NCBI GenBank assembly: GCA_003971905.1
Contig: RSEE01000079.1
Coordinates: 303,657-323,656 of the forward strand
DNA from: Moniliella sp. 'wahieum'
Lineage: Eukaryota
Reading direction: 5' to 3'
Length of the DNA stretch: 20,000 nucleotides
Part shown: in pieces, positions 10,874-20,000 of the stretch
Layout of the letters: each line of letters opens with the position of its first letter
How positions within the stretch are numbered: position 1 is the stretch's first letter
Program-made: the position numbers and the translations under genes
Notes under the pieces: model-generated
What the model was told of the DNA's origin: nothing
What the model saw: only the letters and a program-made list of their open reading frames with translations
Database searches by the model: none

Positions 10874-11373
10874 GTGGTGACTGAGGAGACTAAGGCCTCA
10901 ACTGAGGGCTGAGGGTACTGAACTGAGAGACCTCAGAGCCTCACAGAAGGCTTCAATGGCCGCTGTCGGCGGCAACCGCTCGTTCCCATAACCCTAACGC
11001 ACAACACCTTAACCACGCGCTCTGGGGGGTTGCGTTGTCTTCTTCGAAAAGTCCCTGTGAAACCCCCGCATCCGTTACTCGTTACTTCTTTTCGCAGAGC
11101 CGCTCTCATGGTGACCTGTGACATGTGACAGACATCAGGCATATGACATGTGACTTACAAAAGTTGGACATTTTTGACATATGGCACAGTCACTATTAGT
11201 CACTGGATGTGACATGTGACATGCGACAATGTCACAGGCCATCGATGCCAGTATAGACGCATATATACTGTGGCATCTCCATATTACGATGGGAAACGCC
11301 TGTGCACTTTTTACATCAGCTGCCCCGTGCCACGTTCCCAACCACCCGCAGCCAGAGTATCGGTGATATTATT

Positions 11374-11546
11374 TCCCTCTCCAGCGTAGAAGGGTTCCAG
11401 CGTGGAATGGTGGCTACGATGGCGACGGGGGAACGGTGGCTAAGGTGTGGCGAAGGTGGACCGGTGGCAAGGTGGCGACGGCGCACCAAGCACCAAGCTG
11501 GGGCGAAGCCCCAGCTGACCGGGCCGTTGGCCCGGTGGTCTTCTAG
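11374..11546 (+). mobile_element. Non-autonomous Helitron-like element, copy B
   Basis: Perfect hairpins AGCTGGGGC-GAA-GCCCCAGCT (11496-11516) and ACCGGGCC-GTT-GGCCCGGT (11518-11536), then CTAG (11543-11546) followed by T. The 5' boundary is approximate. Confidence 0.7.
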
Positions 11547-12506
11547 TCACCATATAATGCTTTCCAATTGCTCTGGTCCTGCACAGAGAGTGTATATTTC
11601 ACTGCAACCCAGAGCCCAACATGCAGCCAGCTTCGTATTATGGGGCTCCACAGCAGGTGTTGCTCATTCTGTCTATCAACAGTTTGGTATACACCCCTTT
11701 ATTAATAGCATCCTTTGTACCTGATTCCCTCAGGCTGTAGTCCACGTCCATTCCGGATTCCCCATGAAGGGTGGAAGAGTGCTTTGGATGCTGGGCGCTG
11801 ATCGGTATTCATATTCTTTCGATATTCAGGCTACATGAGAGTGGTTGTGTTGACTGTGGTCCTCTGGTCCTACAGTCGGTAGACCAGTTCGCCTCGGTTC
11901 CGCTGCTTCCACGCCGCGAGTATCGTCCCAGCGTGGCACTGCACCTGTTGCCTGTGCATTCTCTCCTGTAGTCTCACTGGTCTGTGCCTAGTCCGAGATG
12001 CCCCTGCACCCAGACCCATGTCTTGCTTCAAGATCCATCACCTTTTCTCCTCGGGCCTCATCGGCACCGGTCACCCCTTCTTCCCATCCGGCTCCCTAGG
12101 CCAACAAATGTTGCCTTAGGCCTTAGTCCTGAAGCTATTATAACCCTTATATACCAACAGAGGGAAGAGATCGGAGAAGCCATCACACGAGGAACAAGGC
12201 GCAGTGATGAGCTAGTGATGAGATAGAGAGAGACATGAAGGGTCAAGGAAATCTAGAACAGTAGGGTGTTACGCGCAATCGACGAGTATGTGTCTGTGAC
12301 TCGTCGCCACCCCGAAGCGGCTGTGTACTATCACTCGGGGATCCCCGGATACGCTTTCTGGCCTTCTCAACCGTCGCGTCTCGCCCTCTTCCTCCGGAGC
12401 CGACTCATTGTGTCCCGGATGGAGCCCACGATCTTGAAGATTGACTTCCGGCCAGCCTTAGTTAGCCAACGGGGGTCAAACAGTTGGATTGGGTGCGGGG
12501 GTGCAA

Positions 12507-12755
12507 AAGCCAATATGTGCTCAAGCCATGCCAACAGTCCCCACGTGCACTTTCTTTTAATTTGCTTCGTGAGGAACGGCACACACCGAACTGGAGACAA
12601 ATATGGGCCTGCCTTTTGGTGAGCTCGAGGCGCTTTTGGCTGTTGCTGACATATCAAAAGGGAAGCCATCAAGCTCAAGCTTCAAGTGTCACATGTCATC
12701 GTTGAACGTTGAACCAACCAACCAAACATATTGGGTTGAGAGGTTCTTGAGTATT
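12507..12755 (-). pseudogene. Second copy of the degenerate coding relic at 2677-2935
   Basis: Same colinear words in the same orientation. KRLELT corresponds to KCLELM, and LAWLEH to LAVLEQ. Confidence 0.45.
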
Positions 12756-13065
12756 AGCTCCTTCTGACTCTTCTCCCACACATCTTCCTTTTCTTGGCTC
12801 TGCCGTCACTACCTGATGGCGGTTCAAGCTAAATGATCTCGCGGTGAGAGGATAGATACTATAGGTTTTCCACATCTTTTAGTTCAGATCCATATGCGAT
12901 ATATATATATATAGGTGGTAAAGTAGTTGATCATATATTAGGCCCGGTGTGGGTGCTGGGACACCATTCCCTCGTCTACCGTTTCCCTGTCCACCGTTCC
13001 TCTGTCCCCCGTTGACCTGGCCTGGGAGCGCTGCGCCATGGACTACACGGAGCGTATGATATACA

Positions 13066-13117
13066 CTGGGGGACCACCGGGGGTCTACGGGCCGGTCCGC
13101 TGGGGCTTCGGCCCAGT
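13066..13117 (-). mobile_element. Degenerate Helitron-like 3' end, copy C (inverted)
   Basis: Reverse complement ACTGGGCCGAAGCCCCAGCGGACCGGCCCGTAGACCCCCGGTGGTCCCCCAG-T matches the ends of copies A and B, but the terminus is CCAG. It probably extends towards ~13250. Confidence 0.6.
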
Positions 13118-13361
13118 CTGTCCTTATGTGCTGATGGCGACGGTTCACGGCCATACTCTTCCCTCCGCTCGTCTACGTGTTGGGCGACCGTCTCCACCGT
13201 ACCACACCCTAAAACCGTCTAAAGACCCACAAACGCGTTCTACCTCTCTTGGGTTAGTTGATGGAAACGGATGTGGTGCGGGCGCCGGAGGGTCCTGCTC
13301 TGCTGGTGGCCCCATGATTTACTATTTCGGGTTTGGTGCCAACAAGCGCAGCGTGAAAAGG

Positions 13362-14330
13362 TCATCTTCGGCATTCGAACGAGTGCCAAAAAATGAGGGC
13401 GCAGAAGTGATCAGGCGGCAGACTGGTGCCGGCAAAAACGATAAGAGACGCCCGACAACACAAACCCCTACATAATTGTCCCATCCATCCAGCAGAGTTT
13501 GAGCAAAAAGTTGGTGCTTGCTTCAAAGGGGAATCGAACCCTGTCACATCGATGTCTAAGGGCAAAGCGGCCGTAATGGCAACGATGTAGTATACCACTA
13601 ACCCATTGAAGCTATACGTTGGGGAAATGGTATAGTAAATTCCCCCTACATGCAATGAACTGTGTTGCAACATGTCGGTGTTTTCAATTGGTAAAACATC
13701 TTTCGCATAAGGCTCGCAATGATCCAAGAGAGTACGCGGAGCAGGTAAAAAGCCATTCTCTCTTTGTATTTTCAGGTTTGTCTTCCAGTGGTTTTGATAG
13801 AAACCCACATCCTCCATTCTCTCCTTCAGCACAAAAACCAAAAAGAAAAGCTAACATCTCTTTCTCGTGGGTCTCGTTGTCGCCAACATTGAACCCAATA
13901 TCCTAGCGCGTCCTGGCTAATGAGGACCTGCATAAGGAATGACTGAGGCCTGAGGGCCTGGGATGAGAGGCCACACTAGGCGTTGTCGGGCCCAAACGCT
14001 CCCTGACAACAATGGCGTATGTAATGGTTCCATTGGAGCTCTTTATAGGGGGGCGTTGTGCCTGTGCTCAATTTTACGGTTGTTGACAGAAGGTTAGAAC
14101 AGACGAGACGGACACTCTATGCGCGCCATTGGCTCTCTTCCCTCATCTCCTCGTCTTTTGCCGCCCAAGACTCCTCCTGTCTTTTTTTGTCCTTTTTGTC
14201 AGCGACTAACGCTTGTGTGGCTTCACTTCTCTCTCCTACATAAGGATTGTCCGTTTCCGCCTCTTCTACTTCTTAGTTGCCTCCTCGGGCCCTCCTAGCT
14301 GTTGATCCCTATAAACATGAATAAAGCAAA
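13362..14330 (-). pseudogene. Possible degraded gene of unknown function
   Basis: 159-aa protein-like ORF (13362-13841), plus an upstream charged segment (EEAETDNPYVGERSEATQALVADKKDKKRQEESWAAKDEEMREE) near an acceptor-like TTTATAG. No recognisable domain. Confidence 0.25.
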
Positions 14331-16308
14331 TGTCGTCGGATATGGGGGGCGGTGAACGAGCTTAAAAGCTTGTCAAATACAATGAAGATGGAGGATTGTT
14401 TCCTTGGTGGTACAATAATACAGCCTGGGATGTATTACCTCTTTTTATGTAGTCAGTGCCGACGGTTCACCCGCCCTGAACAAGCATCATATGCATCATG
14501 CAACAAGCATAACATTATGTATCTTGCTTGTGTATATACTTAGCTCTCATAGGGACACAGAAGAGTACACAGACCCAATACACCCCCTTGATGAGTTTGA
14601 AGCTTGCTTCAAGACTTACATTTTAAGTGGCTACTATAGTGACTAGAGCGATCTGACTGCCTCGGTTCTCGTATCTCAGATTCTCCAAATCTCAGATGTG
14701 AGGCCTGAGGTCTCACCATAGTACATTAGAGGCACGACCATAGGCTGTGCAACTAATGTCTCTCAGCCGCTTAATACCGGACTTTTGTTCCGAATTATAT
14801 AACCCTACTGAACTGAGTAGGATACCACACGGCGGCAGGTTACCGATTACCGGTTATCGATGATCGATGAGTGAGCTTGACGCTTGAAAAGGACATAAAT
14901 ACACGATGCCTGAGCCTCACTAGTCACTAGTTTCATTAGTCACTCGGGTCAGGGCCTAGACCAGCTGAGATCTGGGAGTCGGCTCAGAAACTCGGCTTTC
15001 TTGCACACAGGTGGTCGTTCGTAGGGAATCAAGTGAATCATTAATCATTAGACGTCGGTGCGCCTTACAGTTATTGACATGTTGACACGAGACAAAAAAG
15101 GACAAAGAGGCCGAGAGCTGAGGTCGGAGAGGCACAAGTGTGAGTCATATATACATGAATGTGCCGGAGAATTGCCAGTCGTTCATCGATCATCGATCAT
15201 CTAGTAAAACACTGTGGAAGTTGCCTTCCGTGTCAGCTTTACATGATATGCCGCCGGGCCGTGTCTTCTCGGCTCGGCTTTTTCTTCGGCTGCTTCGGGT
15301 TGCTGTGCAATATAGCACGGGTGGGACTTCGCGCAGGCTCATCAAGTAAAGTACGTCAACCACACGCCACTAGCAGTCGGCTTAGCACACATTCGGCGGG
15401 ACCAGTGGTAAGACCGAACAACAGAGTGAACGAGGCGTTTGTGCACCGTGGCGAAAACTGACGTTGAACCACAAAACTAAGGCAGGAGTACACATATCTC
15501 ACCGTAATGCGTGGTGTCAACTGTATCACTCGTATAGTACTGAATATGCCAAGGTGGATATAAGGTGGATAACGACGAGGTGGAAACTTCGCCCCCAGTC
15601 TACGGATGAGATACCATTATCTCTTCCGCCAGAGGGAGGGGGGGAAGGGCAACAGAATGAGAGCAGTATACGGTTGAGTCGGCTTCAGCAGACCATTGGG
15701 CAAAGCAGAACTATGAGCTGCGCCCCCCCCTTCCACTGATGGAGGAAACTAGCCAGCTACAACTTGTCTCTCACACTGAGATGCATGACATTTTTCTAGT
15801 AAGCGAATGAAGGAAGGGAATTGCTTTGGATTCCGATAACCATGGTATTCATTCAGGATATTCAGGCTGCATATGTAATGATGCCTTATATCCAGAAAAA
15901 AGGAGAAGCAATCATTAATCACACAGTAAATAATGAGTAATGAGAGACACAAACACAATGGGTCAAGCTAGTAGGGTCACCAGTCAAGGAAGATCTTGAA
16001 CAGGGTCATATACGCGCAGCCGGTGTGTATCTGTGTGTGACCCATCATGAGGCGACACTCCTTTCCTGTCATCCCACCCTATCAACTATCTGGCTCCCCT
16101 GTTTGGAACTCAGCATTCATCACATATTTCGTTTCGCTCCTATCTGCTCTCCTCCTTCTGTACTAATGGCTCTTTCTCAATTGTCCCATCCCCTATTATA
16201 AACCACCAACATGTATACTGTGGAGAGCACCTGTTGCTGTTCCCTATGGAGGGAAGGGGGAATACCGGACAAATGATACCCACACGAGTAGGTCGTAGCC
16301 TCTATGGT

Positions 16309-16624
16309 TGTTCGACATGAATGGCAAAGGAAAGCCAAGTGCCGACTGAAGAGACGCCCGGGGGTCACGATGAGGGTTTCGAAGGGATGCGCCAGATGGG
16401 AGGACAAAGGGAGTGTCACAGGCCTAGCTAGCGATGCTGACGATGATGGATGGAGATGGCATTCAAGAGCTAAGGAGAGCTAGAGCTATGGGCCTTGATA
16501 GGCTCCTGGCCTGGAGGCCAGTGGAAACCCGTGGAAGGACCGGAACTCACTGCCCCGGTGCATTGTGTGCATCGGGCCACGTGTCACTGAAGGCCGATGG
16601 GCTCTAGACCACTGGTGGTCAACA
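16309..16624 (-). repeat. Probable 3' LTR of the copia element (~316 bp)
   Basis: On the minus strand it starts TGTTGAC directly after the PPT and ends GTCGAACA (TG...CA with a short imperfect terminal inverted repeat). The left boundary is inferred because the 5' LTR is not in the window. Confidence 0.65.
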
Positions 16625-19600
16625 CCCCCACTGGCCAGAGGTCTCGGTGGCACGGTGGAAGGTTGTAACGTCCTCAAGCTTGAGGCGAGGCAAGTTGGCC
16701 AGGAGTGAGACCTTAGTGGCTGGTTTGGTGAGGATGTCGGCCGGGTTCTCGTTTCCAGCAATGTGCGCGATTTTGACTTCGCCCGAGTCGACATGCTGGC
16801 GTACGTTGTGGTACCGGATGTTCAGCTCACGTAGTTTGCCCGTGCTGCCTACTTTTTCGGCTAAGGCAAGTGCCGCCATGTTGTCGCAGTACCAGTGTAT
16901 GGCTCGTCTCAGTCTCAGTGATGGCACCGAGCTCCACTAAGATGTTTTTGACATAGTTCGCATCAATGAGGCCCTCATATCCCGCCGTATATTCGGCCGC
17001 AGCAGTGTTGGTGACGCTCTTGGGTTGACGCACGCTCCTCCAGGACACTGGAACTCCGTAGACGAAAGCAGGCATCCCGACGTGGAACGCCATTGGTCAG
17101 GGTCTCCAGCCAGGTCGGCATCCGTGTATAGCGCGAGAGCGGGTGCGTCAGGCTCGGGTGTTAGTTGGAGACCGTAGCCCTTGGTACCGTAGAGGTACGG
17201 AGGAAGTTTGTAGCCGCAGCGCGGTGGGCCTTGGAGGGATCGGCAGTTGCTCGGCTTAGAGCTGAGATGCCGAACAGCGCATCAGGGCGGCACATGCGGG
17301 CAGCCCACAACCCAGATCCTACTTTGGCTTGGTAGTCGCGTCTCTCGGCGGGCAGTGCTGGCGGTTCGGGTCGGTGCGCGCGGGGATCATCTTGCTGGGG
17401 TGGAGGAGGCCCATAACCAGGGGTGGCGGAACCTCATGTTTGGCAATGGATTCCTCAATGAATTTTGGCTGGCTGAGGTACAGTTTCCCGTTTATGGTGT
17501 CGTACTGGCAGCCAAGATGGTAGTGTAGGGGGCCGTTTCCCCGCACCTCGATATGGGTGTTGATCTCAGTGAGGAAGGAATCGTAGCGTGAGTGAGACGT
17601 GCAGGCGATGAGAAGATCGTCGGTGTGCACGGCAAGGAGGACCGGGTCGCCTTTACGGGGTCGGATGAACAAGCACGGCTCAGCCAGAGATTGTACAAAA
17701 CCCATGTCTCCGCGGAGCAAGTCACGGATGATACCGCCCAGTTTGCGCCGGATTGGTGGAGGCCATATAGGCTTTTCCGGGACGCCAGACCTTGCCTTTT
17801 CCCTCGGGAAAGAATGGGGGTGGGCGGAGGTACACTTTTTCCGTGAGGGGAGCGTTCAAATAGGCAGAGTGCACATCAGCGGTGAAGAGGTGGAGGCCGA
17901 ACTTTCCAGCAAGTGCGATAAGGCTGAGGATGGCAGGAGTGCACACGGCAGGGGCGAATGTTTGTCCCCATGTGTCAGCATCCTGCTGGTGGCCCCGGCA
18001 ACGAGACGGGCTCGGTAGCGTAGGAAATTTCCGTCCGCGTCCGTTTTGGTGTTGATGCGCCACAGACCAATCAGCAGCTGCGCGTCTGGAGGGGGCGGTG
18101 ACGACTTCGAATGTGCCGTAGCGGGCTAGGGTGTCGATTTCCGTGCGCATCGCCTCCAGCACTGGTTCGAATGAGGGGTGTTGATTGGAGGCCCTTCATG
18201 TCTTGGGTGCAACAGGTACTCCGTCCTTGGTGAGCTGGATGCGCTCGTGCGGCCCTGGCTCGCTAAGGGCGATCATCGCCTTGTATTCAGGCGGATGGAG
18301 ACCGTCGCTGTACGCGGGCAGGGCAGTGTCGGGCAGTGGGAAGCGTAGGCCGATCGCAGGACTACGACTACCGTCAGGGAGGGGAACCGGAGGCAGCGCG
18401 GCAGCGTGTGCGTGGAAGTCACCATCATGAGGGTCGTCCGCTACGGGGAGCTGTGCCCAGTCAAGGTCAAAACGGCGCTGGTGGGTCCGGGCGGGGTACC
18501 GTCTGGTGGTGGGGTGGTTGGATGGGTGTCGTTTTGTCTTGCGATGGTCGCGTCAGTATCAGTGTTGATTCTCGGTGGTGTGTTGGGATTTGCACTTCAA
18601 TTTTGTTCATTTTTTCTTCTCCCTTTTGGTTTCTGTGTCAGTCATAGTTCTGTCAGGCAGGGGTTGAGCGGGGAAGCGAGATACGTCAGGCGGAAGCGGT
18701 CGGGGAAAACCTCGTGATATTGGCGCTGGTCCACTTGTATGGTTTTGCCCATTGGGATCGGAACGTGCCCATGGACGGGTCGTACCAGCCCAGCGCCAAC
18801 CCTTTGTACCTCGACCTGCGTCGTACCCGACGAGCATGGCTTCGACAGCCCGCTGACTGAGCTTATGGTCACGTTGGTCCTGGCCAGGTGAAGGTACGCC
18901 AAGGATCCGAAGGCGTGCATTGGCAGCGGTGGGGGTGACCCCTTGTACAGCTCAGCCCGAGATTGTGTGCCCTGGCGTGGAGATGTCGGTGGCATGAGTT
19001 GTGCGTCCAGCACCCTGCCAGCAAGGCATCCTGCCACCAGTTTGATGTCGGGAGGCCCGAGGCGATGATGAGTTGCGCGCGCGCGTGGTGATTGCCTGGA
19101 TGGCTCGCTCGGCCACCCCATTTGATTGACTTTGGCCTGGTATGGTGGTTTCCGTCGTGATACCTTCGGATTCAAGGAACGGACGGAGTGCGCTGGTGAG
19201 CTCGGGGGCATTGTCTGTCTTCAAGATGCGAAGCAACGGTCCTTTCCGATGCGTTGCTCGCGGGTGATGAGTTTTTTCAGCTCCGCCGTGGCTTGTCCTT
19301 TCGTCTTTAGGGGAACAGCGAAGGTGTAACGGCTCCAGTCATCAACCGCGACCAGGGCGTATCCATGTCCCATGCCAGTGATGCGAGGGAGGTCGACTAC
19401 GTCGGCGTGCAGTACTTCGAAAGGACGTTCCGAATGCGGCGGCCGTGGCGCGAAGGGTGGCTGGGCGCTTTGGCCAGAGCTTTTGTGCAGGTGGGACAAT
19501 GCCAGAAGGGGCGGATGCGTCGGATTTGGGCAGGGCTGACGCGGAGGCTCGCTCGCGCGTTGGCGGTTAGTGTCGGGAGTAGGTCTAGCGCGGCGTGGTT

Positions 19601-20000
19601 GTACTGTTGGTGAACGTACATGACGTGCTCGATGGTGTTGGCTGCGGTGTGTTGGGTGGCGACGGCAGCTTGGGCCGCGTGTTCGTTGTGGGTGTCGGTT
19701 TCGGGACGATGTTCAGCTTGTATGAGGAATCCGCGATTTGGTGATATTTGCCATGCTTGTCATTTAACCAGATATCTTTTCGGTGGGGGGCGACCAGGAT
19801 GCGTGGCCTGCGTCACTTATTTGCGCTACGCTCGTGAGATTGCTTGCTATGCCGGGGACGTATAGACTGCCGGGTAGGTCTACATGGATACATTTGCCGT
19901 CGGTACACTTGATACCGATGCTACATGTTCCGCGTCCACTGGCTTTAATATGTTTTCCATCAGCGATTTCGATTGAGCGGTTGCTGGGCTTGAGGGTTTT
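16619..20000 (-). pseudogene. pol: Copia pol polyprotein, frameshifted (protease C-terminus, HHCC/integrase, reverse transcriptase, RNase H)
   Basis: Protease region IEIADGKHIKASGRG...LYVPGIASNLTSVAQISDAG (~19800-20000). Integrase: HQQYNH...CPTC, PFEVLHADV, YALVAVDDWSRY, ILKTDNAPE, QSNGVAERA. RT: AMRTEIDTLARYGTFEVV, ADVHSAYLNAPL, GFVQSLAEPCLF, LAVHTDDLLI. RNase H: LYTDADLAG, VSWRSVRQ, AAEYTA, YCDNMAALALA, IRYHNVRQ, ENPADILTKP. The motifs are spread over many ORF fragments in different frames. Confidence 0.93.
16625..16632 (-). other. Polypurine tract (plus-strand primer site) of the copia element
   Basis: Minus-strand AGTGGGGG sits immediately before TGTTGA. The pol frame ends GGG TGT TGA across this junction. 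Confidence 0.7.

Larger units (their letters stand above)
16309..20000 (-). mobile_element. Ty1/copia LTR retrotransposon; gag and 5' LTR lie beyond the window end
   Basis: Minus-strand domain order PR-IN-RT-RH is diagnostic of copia. It is followed by a purine tract and a TG-starting LTR-like segment. Confidence 0.95.

Noticed and set aside
2..15920. Clusters of restriction sites (HindIII, StuI, SpeI, NsiI, BglII, ClaI) as a synthetic polylinker or cloning artefact
   Set aside because: The sites are by-products of the TCA/TGA-plus-palindrome units, are scattered and often degenerate, and no vector sequence is evident.
16647..19865. Plus-strand ORFs over the retrotransposon
   Set aside because: They are antisense shadows of the GC-rich pol frames and show no independent motifs.

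Overview
Eukaryotic, most likely fungal, repeat-rich and gene-poor DNA (short GT-AG introns with CTAAC/CTGAC branch sites). The right end (16309-20000, minus strand) is a Ty1/copia LTR retrotransposon truncated by the window edge: protease C-terminus, integrase, RT, RNase H, PPT and a probable 3' LTR, broken by many frameshifts. At about 9170-10330 (+) there is a spliced two-finger C2H2 zinc-finger gene followed by a degenerate Cys-cluster motif, apparently disrupted. The rest holds two related solo-LTR-like elements, two near-identical 115-117 bp MITE-like copies, three Helitron-like 3' ends with a double hairpin, and several coding relics. The most unusual signal is a rule shared by many clustered micro-repeats in the non-coding DNA: tandem 7-bp units of TCA/TGA plus a 4-bp palindrome (equivalently the interrupted palindrome NN-T(C/G)A-N'N'), seen with at least nine different palindromic cores. 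This suggests one sequence-directed mutational or footprint-generating process. Most ORFs in the supplied track are not credible genes. All calls were made by eye, without database searches.
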